DNA of 64,000 bases from a virus, in IMG/VR virus record IMGVR_UViG_3300005805_000048; one strand, given 5' to 3'. Below are positions 1 through 10,877 of this stretch, piece after piece. Within the stretch, counting starts at the first letter, position 1; the number at the start of each line of letters is the position of its first letter. The notes below the pieces were generated by a model. That model saw only the letters and a list, made by a program, of their open reading frames with translations, was not told the origin of the DNA and searched no databases. Made by a program: the position numbers and the translations under genes.

Positions 1-650
1 CTAGGGTATCTTACGCTGTTAAGTCTAGTGGAATTCCTGTTAAGCAAGTAAATGGTTCTCCAATTCCAATAAATCCATTTTTAAATCAAGGAGTAGTTGA
101 ACCAGAAAAACCATTGTATATATACATAAAACCATCAAAGGTAGAAGTTAAAAACTACAGCAGCTCTGGAGCTTATACATGGGATCATGTTCCTGATTAT
201 ATTTTTAATGGCGTTGTGCACTTTACTTATGATAGTTCAATATTTAATCAGTACGAAAGTTCGTCCTTTGACCCAACCGCTGTTCAAATTGGGTTAATAC
301 ACGTACTCAAAAATACTCCGTCTTCAGGAATAGACGTAATTGATCTTAGGGTTAAGGGTGGAGGCTTAAAGTCTACATTTGATAAAGTTAACAACATTGA
401 AAATTACGGGTCTCTTGATATAGAAAAGATATTTAAACAGGCAAAAGAAGCGATATCGTTTTGGGACGTATATCCACCAGAACAACAGGCTTATCCAAAT
501 GGTGGTTTTGTAATTATCAAACTTCCAAAATCTGTACTAGATAATTTTCTTAATAAAGAAGAAGTATATTCTATAATAAGAAAAAATATAACAGCAGGTG
601 TTGTGTTTAAGATACAAGATATGGAAGGCAATGATTGGGGTATGGTGTAA
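1..650 (+). CDS. Phage structural protein, partial at 5' end (frame open to window start)
   Basis: Open frame continuous with ORF 114..650; followed directly by other large structural-type ORFs. Confidence 0.6.
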   Translation, partial: RVSYAVKSSGIPVKQVNGSPIPINPFLNQGVVEPEKPLYIYIKPSKVEVKNYSSSGAYTWDHVPDYIFNGVVHFTYDSSIFNQYESSSFDPTAVQIGLIHVLKNTPSSGIDVIDLRVKGGGLKSTFDKVNNIENYGSLDIEKIFKQAKEAISFWDVYPPEQQAYPNGGFVIIKLPKSVLDNFLNKEEVYSIIRKNITAGVVFKIQDMEGNDWGMV

Positions 651-651
651 A

Positions 652-3300
652 ATGTTAAATTTTTTACCTGATACAATAAAAACTTTTTCAGAAAACTCAC
701 AAAAAACTGTGGGCTCTTTGATTAGAGATATGCGAGTTGATAAAGCGCAAGTAGCGGAACTCGTAAAAAATCTTTCTAATTTTTCTGCTGGTCCTACCTA
801 CGTACCAACCCTTTCTGTGTCTAGGGAATTGATAAGATCAGAATTTTTTGTAGATTTTTTTAGAGATCTTGAAATAAGATTTTCTAGGTACTTTGATGCT
901 GCGAACTCAATCAATGTTGTTATCAATTCCATGACAGAGGTAATGCTTTCCCAGATAGCAAAAGCAGAAAAAACTATAAGCTACTACGAAAATTATATAA
1001 ACAATTATGAATTTATATCCGGTAAAGATGACCTATATAACTTTTCTTATGTGGAGAATTTTGATAGCAATCTGAGATCAAACGAGTATGAAGTAGAAAA
1101 GGTATCTTATATTGACAGAGGCGGCGTTCCATTTGCAGATAACGGAAATGGTTACGTTGATCCGATTTCGTCTACTTTTAAAATAGGATCAGGATTAAAC
1201 ACAGTCAATATTGTTAATAATATTAAGGAAGTTAAAATTTCTTCTAATTATCAACAATATATTTCGTCAGTATCAGATCCTAAAAGTTTATTCAATGAAG
1301 ACGATTCGGATGTTTGGTCTGTATCAATTAAATCTCCAGTAGTGATAACTTCTTCGATTGAAGAAATGTCAAAATACATTGATTACGATTATTCGTATAT
1401 TGTTGGCGCTAAAACAATTATGGAAGTGTCCTTAATACAGGAAACGGAAATGGATTTTCTGAGGATATTTCCATCCGAAAGTAATGGTCTGCAACTACTC
1501 CAGATAGCGGTAGAGTCGGCGAATACGGCAGAAAACATCTATTCCTTAAATTCTAATAATCCAGTTTCTGGATATGGTATTAAAAAAATACTTAAGGCTC
1601 CAATTTTAATTAATTCAACTGTAGATATAAATATACCTTTAGATAAAGTAAAAAAAATAATATTGATTTTTAATCAATCAACTTATACAAAGTCAAATAA
1701 TGTACCGCTGGTAGACGAACTAATTTCCAGATCTATTTCAAATTATATTGTGCGTTCAGCGAAAGATAGAAAAAACACTTATAGCATACTTCAAGATATA
1801 GTTATAGAGTACTTTAGGAGAGACAGTTCAATAGATGAGTTTAAGAGAAATAATTATTCACTTTCCGAATACTATTCATGCAAATTCCCGATAGACCGCC
1901 TTGGTCAGTCGAGCATCGCAAAACAAAATTTGACCAATGAAAAAAACAATCACGTTGGCATAGATGACGAAGACTTTGAGTTTAAAAATAGTCCCCTAAC
2001 CATGCTAGTACAAAACATAGTTTCTCAAGCGCTTAGTTCAAGAATGAACGTGTTTAAAAATTCTTTATTCAAAGATACTAGAACGGCTTATAGTCAAAAT
2101 AGATTATCCGAAATATCCAGTGCGCCATCAAGCATGTCGGGCAACTCATCAATGCTGGGCCACAAGCACTTTGACAATTCAACTGATTATGTATTACCCG
2201 GACCACAGTTTGGCAGAACACCGCTACACAATAATAATTTAATGTCTTTAAATAATTACGAATATTCTTTTGGCATAAAGGGTTTACAAATAGGAAAATC
2301 GGTTGGCATTCACAGTAATGGAAGTTCTGTTTCAATGTCTAAATCCTGTTATATAAGTGGAAAAATACCAGTTCCTGGAGATATTTATGGCATTAAAGCA
2401 AAAGTAAATATGGACGCGAATCTGTCAAGTTACAATGTTCCCGAGTTTGATATTCAGGAATCAAATTCTCACGAATTGTCGATTTCATTTAAGGAAAATC
2501 CAATTACAGAAAATGACTGGGTACCAATAGCATCTTACGGTTCTAATCAAGTGACTTCAGAAATGCTTTTTGTTGATCCGTTAAGCTCCACCGCAAAATT
2601 AAGATTCTTCCCAAACAGTACATCTGTTAAGATATATGAAAACCAAAAACTACTACCAACAAGCGCCTATTCGTTTAATAAGTTTGATAAATCAGTAGTT
2701 CTTTTTAATTTTAATAAGAATTCAATTTATCTAGCGAGTTACGAGTTAGATAAGACTAATTTTTCACAGGATTACATTGACGTATCAGTCCTGTCAGATG
2801 CGGTCAGGGTGCTTGGCGCAGGAGAGCAGGGCATGGAGGGTGAATTTTTTCAGAGAACTGGACCAGAAAATAAGGTTGTAGTAAAAAATGATCCATTTAT
2901 AGACTATACAAAGCTAGTTAATTCCACTTATAGCTTAACATATGGAACTATAACCAGCCCAGAGTATTCCGGTTATAGTCCAGTGGTAGTCAAGTTCGCA
3001 GATGGAACGTACGCCATAAATCTTACGAACTACCTAAAGGGTAATTTTGAAAAAACTAATTTTTATAATACCTCTGAAACATTATTTTTTCAAAACGGAA
3101 AAAATATTATATTTAATAAATCAATTAACCAACCATTTAATGTCATATACAATTACATGAATAACTATATAAGATTTAGGTTAATAGTAAGAAATAACTT
3201 TCCTAATTATTTTTCTAGTGGATCAGTTAATAATGTTATAATTAAGATGAAGACAAAATCGCCAGATATTAATACTCAAAAGTTACTTCAGTTAGGTTAA
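652..3300 (+). CDS. Large phage structural (tail/baseplate-like) protein
   Basis: ORF 598..3300 with probable ATG at 652; Ser/Asn-rich beta-type sequence in a structural gene run. Confidence 0.6.
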   Translation: MLNFLPDTIKTFSENSQKTVGSLIRDMRVDKAQVAELVKNLSNFSAGPTYVPTLSVSRELIRSEFFVDFFRDLEIRFSRYFDAANSINVVINSMTEVMLSQIAKAEKTISYYENYINNYEFISGKDDLYNFSYVENFDSNLRSNEYEVEKVSYIDRGGVPFADNGNGYVDPISSTFKIGSGLNTVNIVNNIKEVKISSNYQQYISSVSDPKSLFNEDDSDVWSVSIKSPVVITSSIEEMSKYIDYDYSYIVGAKTIMEVSLIQETEMDFLRIFPSESNGLQLLQIAVESANTAENIYSLNSNNPVSGYGIKKILKAPILINSTVDINIPLDKVKKIILIFNQSTYTKSNNVPLVDELISRSISNYIVRSAKDRKNTYSILQDIVIEYFRRDSSIDEFKRNNYSLSEYYSCKFPIDRLGQSSIAKQNLTNEKNNHVGIDDEDFEFKNSPLTMLVQNIVSQALSSRMNVFKNSLFKDTRTAYSQNRLSEISSAPSSMSGNSSMLGHKHFDNSTDYVLPGPQFGRTPLHNNNLMSLNNYEYSFGIKGLQIGKSVGIHSNGSSVSMSKSCYISGKIPVPGDIYGIKAKVNMDANLSSYNVPEFDIQESNSHELSISFKENPITENDWVPIASYGSNQVTSEMLFVDPLSSTAKLRFFPNSTSVKIYENQKLLPTSAYSFNKFDKSVVLFNFNKNSIYLASYELDKTNFSQDYIDVSVLSDAVRVLGAGEQGMEGEFFQRTGPENKVVVKNDPFIDYTKLVNSTYSLTYGTITSPEYSGYSPVVVKFADGTYAINLTNYLKGNFEKTNFYNTSETLFFQNGKNIIFNKSINQPFNVIYNYMNNYIRFRLIVRNNFPNYFSSGSVNNVIIKMKTKSPDINTQKLLQLG

Positions 3301-3307
3301 ATTCAAT

Positions 3308-5447
3308 ATGGCTCAGCTATCAACAAACACTATATTCTACGATCAAATAATTAAAAAAATTCAAGATTTTATTTCTAGGTACAGGAATAATAAGACAGCG
3401 TCGTATGATGAAATAGCTAAAGAGTATAACGCCCTTGTAACAGAGGTAAACAAGTACGCAACAAAGCAAACGTCCAGATATGAACCAGTTATTAAGGGCG
3501 AACCACCGTCATCTCAGAAGATGAATCGATATATAGACTCAACCTCAAGCGACTTGAATACAATTGCTAAACAGCTCGATTACCAAACCGCAATGATTGT
3601 TTCTTTGTTTAATATGTTTAATTCAGAAATACAAAAAGAAGAAAGATTTATAAACAGATTTAAATCCAAGATCAAGATCCTCAATGCCTATACCAATAGT
3701 CCGGGTAATGATTTATTCTATTTTAGCGATTCTTTTGACAACCTGGATTTTATAGATATTAGTAACAGCAAAACCCTGCCTCTTGTCGGTCGGCGGGGTG
3801 GCGACTCTTCAGTTTGAATCTAGTAGTCCTTGGAATCCAAAATCAATTTCTATTATTGAAAATAAATCTAACGGATTTATGGGCAATAACCACGCAGCTT
3901 ATGTAAAGGATGACATTGATTCGAACTACAAGTACTCCTATCAGGACAATCCATCTGCTGGGCTGCTACAAAATGTAATTGATTCAAATCCATTAACTTA
4001 TTTTGAGTATGAATCAGTCCGCATTAATAAGTCTGATATAGTTTCTCGAGGTGCAAAAGAATATGAGTTTCTTTATTCCTATGAAGAAAAAACAGAGAAC
4101 TCAACTACAACAAAATATAAATCATGGGCAAATGAAAATCAAATAAGTCCACTTAATTTAGTTTTGAGTTTGAAATCCGATAAGCCGCAAAAAGCAAATC
4201 ACATATCCATAACGCCATTTTGGGGCACTGACCAAAACCCGAACGCAGAAATAAAAATAGCAAGGGTAGTTGCAATAGACTCTACCGCTAAAGAAATAGA
4301 TCTCATAGATGAACCTATATATGTTGGAAGTTCATTGATACCTTCGACACTTGAATCATCTAAAAATTATTTTTATGATAAAATAAAGTTAGTTTTTCCA
4401 GAAGTAACAACTTCTGAAATACACGTGTATATGGAACAGTCATATTCTGGAAATATAAAAGTTAAACATATGTACTGGAAACCACTCCCATCATCAGGAA
4501 GACTTTCTGCGCTAAATACGCAAACAAGATTTGATCCTAGTGCGCTCAGTTCTTTGGGTTTTAGTGAAATTCAATACAATACTCATGACCTAGTGCCACC
4601 AATTACTAGGCCAAATACATATAAAGAACAATCAGACTTGTCTGTTAAGCAGTTAAACATCACATACAAAGATCAAGAAAAAGCGGACACGTATGTAATA
4701 AATTTTAAGAGGCAAGTTGGTTCTTCTCTAGTAAAAAATTATTATACAAATTCTTTTACTGGTTTTGAAACCGTTGAAAAACAACAAGAGAAGGCCGCAA
4801 CTACCGACATGAGTTTGTCCTGGAAGGCAGAGTCAAGAGACGCAGCAATTCGAGTAAAAGATTACATCGAATCAAAAATTTCATCTGGAGAATGGTCCAG
4901 CGCTAATTTTCAAGATCTTACAATTGAAACCATAAAAATGGCATACAGTCCCAAAACTTACACCGCAACTATAAATTTGAAAAAAGACTATGAGATTTAC
5001 GAAGCAAGGCGTTTTGCCATAGGCATTCGCTCAATAGATGTTGGTTATCACATGTATGCTTCAAAATCTGAGTTTGTTTCCAAGACTTATGAGTTTCCAT
5101 ATAATGTTAAAAATCTTACAATTTCTTTAGATTCTAAAATAGATTATACTTCGTTGAATCCAAATGAGCAGCTTGTAAAAGTTTATATTTCTCTAGATGA
5201 CGCCAAGAATTGGATTAGAATATCTCCTATAGAAAATCCATTTATTGGCATACCAGAAATACTATCTTTTAATGAGTTTATTCAATCCGGAGAAAAGGTA
5301 AAGGGAGTAGATTACTATAATTATCCAGCGATTCCAGTGGAAACAAAGAGGGTAAAAGTCAAGATAGAGATTTTTAAACCTCGTTATACCAATGTAAGTC
5401 CGGTTATTTACTCCTATAAGTTGATGGGAAGAGTCGAGCAAGCATGA
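3308..5447 (+). CDS. Phage structural/tail protein, joined across a +1 shift at CGG 3791-3793 (..LPLV-G-[CGGC=G]-GVATLQFES..)
   Basis: ORFs 3308..3817 and 3783..5447 join at in-frame CGG 3791; total length 2140 = 3n+1. Confidence 0.75.
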
Positions 5448-7636
5448 GCATTTCTAATATACAAAAAGAAAAATTTCTAGATGTTATTTATAGAAATTTA
5501 TATTCTTCCGGGTATATTCCGAAAGAGTCGGAAATACTAGACTTCTTTTCTAAGTACTTTTCAAACTATACACTTGGTCAACCTCTTCCTATGGAGGGCG
5601 AAATTTTTAGACAATTGTCTGCCAGTAATGTTGACGCCCTAAACCAAAGAATGCTACACGCACTTTTTAACATAGAAGTTCTTTATGATGCTCTTTCTGA
5701 AAACGCAGAAGAAATAATGTCAGTAACTAACGCCTTAAATAAAAGACTTCAAAACCTAAAAGCAAGAAGAGTGCAATTGGAGAATAAGATTGATGATATC
5801 TTATTTACAAACCAAAATGCTGACGGGATTTTTGGAGCGTATACCGATAGCTTTCCAAATACTGATGGAACAGATCTTGCACTAACTAGCGCATATGTAG
5901 ATGTTTCTAACGGTAAAGTGACACTTCCGACTTTATCATCAGCCGTTTTTGATCTAGTATCCGCAAAAAGCATTGTTGCTAGAGGAGCAACCTATTCCGT
6001 TTCTTTCAACAGGACTTCGGTATATTCTAACCAATCAATTTCAGAAGAATCATTTTTTCCTTCAGTTTTTGATGGTCTTGAAAATACAGAATGGACCAAG
6101 GCATTTAACTTTGACTCAGTTGGATTAGTTACCTTTTCGATAAATCTACCAATTACTAGCAGCGTAGTTGTATCTTCCATATCTGGAAAACTAAATACAA
6201 TCTCCCCAGTAGATATTTACTGTAGGGTAAACTACTCAGACCCATCAAAGACAAGTAGCACCTTTGGGAAGAAATCATCAAAGGATTACGACAAATTTTC
6301 TTTTAATTTTGAAGCTGGTGATGTTGGATCCATAGAGATATTTTTGGTTAAGTCAGAGCCAGATTATATAGAGGAAAACAAAAAAGATAAATATGTATAC
6401 CGCTATGGCTTTAGGGATATAGCTATATCCGGTAAGTACTACGAGCGTTCTGCTACCTATGTAAGTAAACCAATTTCATTAAAAACTCGAGACAATCTAA
6501 ATCTAGCCATAGATGCCGTATCAGTTTCCGTAAATCAGTCCGGATTTGAAAACGGATCTATTTCCTACTTTGTTGCAGAGAACAATCCTTCCGCACAATT
6601 AATATCCGATTTTAACTGGCAACCGATTTCCACTACAAACGATCCACTGGCTGCATATCCATCTGTCGTTAAATTTGAGGGAAGCTATCTAAGATCTAAA
6701 AAGATTGTTGACCAAATAGAAAACCCTGAAACTGAAATTCAGAAAATCCCCCTTGCTGCAAAGTCTGATGTTCCAAACATTAATCAACAAAATCCAACAG
6801 TAGATTTATATCCAGACCAATTAATATATAGAATAGGTAAAATAGATAGTTTTGACGAACCCTATAACTCCTATATTCTTTCTGGAACTGGACTAGTTAA
6901 TGGTTATTACGTGAATTATACAGGTAAGATTTTTAATGAAGTAGATGGCTTGTCTACTTGGGATTCCATCATAGGTAATAGATCAAGCATTAGACAGCTA
7001 TACACGATACCAAAATATGATATTTCTCAAAACCCTACGTTTTTTGTAGGACCCAATTTATCGAATATCAGCGTGCTACTTGAAACAAAACTACTCTGCT
7101 CAACAGCAAAAACGGTAAAACATACGTTCATTAAAAATGATAGTATTTCCAAAAACTGGAATGTAGCCATATATGTAAATGGCAAACCAACATATATACC
7201 GGCTGGTCAATTTTCCGAAACAATAGAATGGAATTTTAAAGAGGGCATTAACTCTATCAGGGTGGCTATAGATATAGAAGAAAGTGCCAATGGTTCAATA
7301 ACCCTAATGGAGGGAAGAACATTGGCAAATTATGGATTGGTGTATTTAGATTACTATAGTTATGTTGATCCATTGGAATTTAAGAAAAATAGATCAGTGT
7401 ACGATTACGTGTTTACAATAGAAAACTTCTTTGGCAACAAAGAAATTATGAGCAGGTCTGATATAAGGTCAAATTCTAGAATATTCTATTTTACTAATAA
7501 TCCGAATAAGGTTGAATCAATCAGGTTTAGAGCTGATCTTTCAAGATCACAAAACCCAATAGGTTCGCCGTCTATTGATTCTTATACCGTAAAATTTAAA
7601 AATTCACAGCAAATCGAAGATGAAGAATTGAGCTAG
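5444..7636 (+). CDS. Large phage structural protein (tail/baseplate-like)
   Basis: 730 aa ORF in the structural cluster, ATG overlapping the preceding stop. Confidence 0.6.
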   Translation: MSISNIQKEKFLDVIYRNLYSSGYIPKESEILDFFSKYFSNYTLGQPLPMEGEIFRQLSASNVDALNQRMLHALFNIEVLYDALSENAEEIMSVTNALNKRLQNLKARRVQLENKIDDILFTNQNADGIFGAYTDSFPNTDGTDLALTSAYVDVSNGKVTLPTLSSAVFDLVSAKSIVARGATYSVSFNRTSVYSNQSISEESFFPSVFDGLENTEWTKAFNFDSVGLVTFSINLPITSSVVVSSISGKLNTISPVDIYCRVNYSDPSKTSSTFGKKSSKDYDKFSFNFEAGDVGSIEIFLVKSEPDYIEENKKDKYVYRYGFRDIAISGKYYERSATYVSKPISLKTRDNLNLAIDAVSVSVNQSGFENGSISYFVAENNPSAQLISDFNWQPISTTNDPLAAYPSVVKFEGSYLRSKKIVDQIENPETEIQKIPLAAKSDVPNINQQNPTVDLYPDQLIYRIGKIDSFDEPYNSYILSGTGLVNGYYVNYTGKIFNEVDGLSTWDSIIGNRSSIRQLYTIPKYDISQNPTFFVGPNLSNISVLLETKLLCSTAKTVKHTFIKNDSISKNWNVAIYVNGKPTYIPAGQFSETIEWNFKEGINSIRVAIDIEESANGSITLMEGRTLANYGLVYLDYYSYVDPLEFKKNRSVYDYVFTIENFFGNKEIMSRSDIRSNSRIFYFTNNPNKVESIRFRADLSRSQNPIGSPSIDSYTVKFKNSQQIEDEELS

Positions 7637-7643
7637 GTAAAAT

Positions 7644-8078
7644 ATGACAGTTACTTATCAAGACCCAGAGAAAAAGAAAATTATTAGACAACCTTTACTC
7701 AAAAGAATTCGCGCTTTTTACAGAGGTCCAAGAAAAACATCAACAGAAAATTTATTTTACCAAAAGATATATCTAGACATTAAAAGGATATATATTGAAT
7801 TAGAGCTCATCAATACAAAAATATTTAACAAAGTAAAAACTTTTATTGGAGCAGAAAATTCGTCTACCCACCAGTTGGATACCTCAACCGATTCAAGTTA
7901 TTACGGAGCAAAGTATTACGATCTAAACCTAGATGGCGTTTCCTTCTTCAATGCTCACGCAGCTGCGACACCTTCTTTGGAAGATGAAAGCACTAAGCTA
8001 TATACAACCGCAGCAATTGCAGCAAAACTTGCAAACTTAAATTTTAAAATTAACCAATTAGAAAGACGAGTGAGATGA
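7644..8078 (+). CDS. Phage structural-cluster protein, unknown
   Basis: ORF with ATG start, tightly packed with its neighbours. Confidence 0.5.
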   Translation: MTVTYQDPEKKKIIRQPLLKRIRAFYRGPRKTSTENLFYQKIYLDIKRIYIELELINTKIFNKVKTFIGAENSSTHQLDTSTDSSYYGAKYYDLNLDGVSFFNAHAAATPSLEDESTKLYTTAAIAAKLANLNFKINQLERRVR

Positions 8079-8079
8079 T

Positions 8080-9348
8080 ATGTCTGATTTTTTAGATTCA
8101 GAAAATAAAACAATTCAATATGATGGTCCCGTAAATAGTTCTGACTTTAACCTTAGGGCAGAGCAAAATTACAAAGACCTTGTTCACCTATACAATAGAT
8201 CTGGAATTTTAGATCAAAAGCTAGCAGAGGCTTTCGAAAGAGTGCTAAAAGATCATCATTTTTTGTCAACAGCTGTTTTAGATCTAGAAGACAGGGTTAA
8301 AGCTCTCGAATATGAGTCGGAGTCTGGGTACAAAAAACTATCCATATACACATACTCGCAAATAGATGTTGCCTCCTTTGTGGGTGATCCCACCTTTGCA
8401 GTGAGCAGCACCGATGCCCTAAGCTTCGATTATATTTATAATATAATAACCCTGCCCAAAGTTCAGGGGTCATCACACTCAAAGATAAAGTTCTTCGATT
8501 CAAGCGGCACGCAGGTAATACCAGATTTTCTAGAAATGAAAATAGATAATGCATTTGTAGGAGTGGATACAGCAAATTCCCTCATAGATACTACTCCCGT
8601 TTATTACTCTATTCTTGAGTCTTCGGATAAGTTCTGGAAAAGGAACGTGGTAGCCGACAGTCCGTCCGCTGCAGGCGCTCAAATGTACCTATACGTAAAA
8701 GTGCCATCCTCTTTTTCCGGATCTGCTGCCAGCAATTTTATTTCCCTTATGACGTATCCCGTATTCGGTGTAGACATTTTGTCGATTGAATATACTTCAA
8801 ACCCAAATCCAAGTTTGGACTCCACTGATGTGTGGACGCCTTTAAACTTTAACAGACTTTACAATAACCAAAACGAGGCGGTAGGGAAAGTCCCACCCGG
8901 TGGCTGGTCTACCCTTGGGAACGATGTAATTCTTAATTCAGGCCCAGTCGGTTTTTACTTTCCTCCAACGCAAATAAACGGAATAAGAGTTCTCCTAAGA
9001 CAAAGAAACTACATTGCAGAAAACGGCAAGTATATATACACCTATGGATTGTCTGATCTTGACATAAAGTCACAGAAATTCCTTGACAGCGGTAAGACTA
9101 TTATAAAATTTACTGCACCAGATGAAACGACGATTCAAAGCGTAGAAGAGGTTATACCAAAGATCTACAATGTACCGGAAGAGCTTATATCAACCGCATT
9201 TAGCTACAGGGTTATCTACAAGCAGGGCTCTTCGTATACACTTGACGTTGTTCCTGGGTCTACCTCGGTTTGGATTGAGGTCACACTAAACAAGCTTGGT
9301 GACGGTACGGCACCTGTTTTGTCTGATTTAATTGTAAACTATACTTAA
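8080..9348 (+). CDS. Phage structural protein, unknown
   Basis: 422 aa ORF in the structural run. Confidence 0.55.
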   Translation: MSDFLDSENKTIQYDGPVNSSDFNLRAEQNYKDLVHLYNRSGILDQKLAEAFERVLKDHHFLSTAVLDLEDRVKALEYESESGYKKLSIYTYSQIDVASFVGDPTFAVSSTDALSFDYIYNIITLPKVQGSSHSKIKFFDSSGTQVIPDFLEMKIDNAFVGVDTANSLIDTTPVYYSILESSDKFWKRNVVADSPSAAGAQMYLYVKVPSSFSGSAASNFISLMTYPVFGVDILSIEYTSNPNPSLDSTDVWTPLNFNRLYNNQNEAVGKVPPGGWSTLGNDVILNSGPVGFYFPPTQINGIRVLLRQRNYIAENGKYIYTYGLSDLDIKSQKFLDSGKTIIKFTAPDETTIQSVEEVIPKIYNVPEELISTAFSYRVIYKQGSSYTLDVVPGSTSVWIEVTLNKLGDGTAPVLSDLIVNYT

Positions 9349-9414
9349 TTTTAAAAGTGCAAAAACCCCAAATCTTTTTACTATATAGGGAAACCAATCT
9401 AAGGAGATTTTAAT

Positions 9415-10002
9415 ATGGCTACATATTATGTTGGTCCAAGACCTGTTCTCAAGGGTAGAACATCTTCCGGCATGGTAAACCCATACAAGGGTACTGCTGG
9501 AACCTACTCTTTTTACCCACTATTTGCTGACAGCCATGTTTTGGACGGTGCACCGGATAATCACCATGTCCCAGGTACTGGCAACCACCCCGGCAACGTA
9601 CTGCTTTCGCAGATTTTTAATGGCACCACACTTTACGTTCACCCATTGTCGGGCACGTTTGCTGACGGAGCCAGCTACGAGGGCGCAAGATTCAAGCCGC
9701 ATACTTACAAGGGTGTTTTAGGTGCGTTTACCTCTGGCTACGGACACGCTGACAGAGAAACTGATTACAGCCTTTATAGCAATTACAAGTTTGACGGAGT
9801 CACTTCAGCCGAGGTTTTTGCCTCTGGCTATGGCCACGCTAATCGCGTAACCGATTACAGCCTTTATGACAATTACACATTCGACGGAGTAGCAAGTGCG
9901 GTTGTATTTACATCTGGATACGGCCAGCCTAACACCTCATCAGAATACGGTCGTAACAAGGTTGGAGAATTCAAGGGAGTTCCTTCAGCAGTTGCCCTTT
10001 AA
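9415..10002 (+). CDS. Small virion-type protein with two 30-aa internal tandem repeats
   Basis: SGYGHADRETDYSLYSNYKFDGVTSAEVFA / SGYGHANRVTDYSLYDNYTFDGVASAVVFT. Confidence 0.6.
   Translation: MATYYVGPRPVLKGRTSSGMVNPYKGTAGTYSFYPLFADSHVLDGAPDNHHVPGTGNHPGNVLLSQIFNGTTLYVHPLSGTFADGASYEGARFKPHTYKGVLGAFTSGYGHADRETDYSLYSNYKFDGVTSAEVFASGYGHANRVTDYSLYDNYTFDGVASAVVFTSGYGQPNTSSEYGRNKVGEFKGVPSAVAL
9733..9912 (+). repeat. Two tandem 90-bp in-frame repeat units
   Basis: Repeat units 9733-9822 and 9823-9912 deduced from the protein repeat. Confidence 0.75.
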
Positions 10003-10077
10003 TTGCAGCCAAAAGTAACAATTGAACAGTTTTCGCTGGTATAATTAGCCAGCGGAAATAAATACAAAAGTATTTGT

Positions 10078-10100
10078 CCCGCCCCAAAAGGGCGGGATTG
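10078..10100. terminator. Hairpin terminator candidate (cccgcccc-aaaa-gggcggg)
   Basis: GC-rich perfect stem followed by a T-rich tract, downstream of the structural genes. Confidence 0.6.
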
Positions 10101-10165
10101 TTAGTTTAATAGGCAAAGTATACAGGTTTATTCATTTTTCACCAGATTTAATAAGGATTATCCAG

Positions 10166-10868
10166 ATGATAATAGAACAAATGATGTCAGTAATAAATAA
10201 AAACACAATGCCAGTCGATGTTGCAGAAAAATATTTAAATATATATATTCGGAGAATCTGATTGGAAAAATCACATAGCAAAATTGTGGACTAATTTTGA
10301 AAACAAAAACAAGAACGCAGAACTGAGTAGAGATGAAATAAAGAGAGCCATTTCATGCACCATGCTTCTGCCCACTATGGAAAAAACCAATATCCCAGAC
10401 CCAGTCCACTTGATGCTTTTTTGGTGTCCGACGTGGAATCAGTACAAGGAGAGAGATTGGTTTTCTCTTTTTAAAGAAGTAGTTAAAAAAGATATTGATA
10501 TACAGAATAATCATAAGTCACTCCTCGAGCTTGGCGTTATAGATCCAATTGATTATTCTCCGATTACCAGACAGGCATATAATTGGCTATACTCTCACGC
10601 AGAAAGCACTCACGCTATAAATGATAGAACAAAAGATCTTGTAACGAAAAAAATGCAAAACCTAATCAGGCTTTATGGTGGTGCTGTGATATCAAATATT
10701 TTCACAAATCATACAAATAATGTTGAGAAAGTTTTCAACTGGAGAAGCGGATATTTCTTTGAGAGGGAAATATACAACGTGTATACTTTTGACCAAATAA
10801 AAAAGATAAAGTCTAAAGAAATAGAAAAATTAAATCCAAAATATATAAAAACATTAGTAGTCAACTAA
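10166..10868 (+). CDS. Hypothetical protein, joined across a +1 shift at CGG 10250-10252 (..EKYLNIYI-[CGGA=G]-ESDWKNHIAKLWTNF..)
   Basis: ATG at 10166 (or 10208) frame leads to CGG 10250 then a stop; the +1 frame runs into ORF 10284..10868. Length 703 = 3n+1. Confidence 0.6.
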
Positions 10869-10877
10869 GGAGATAAA

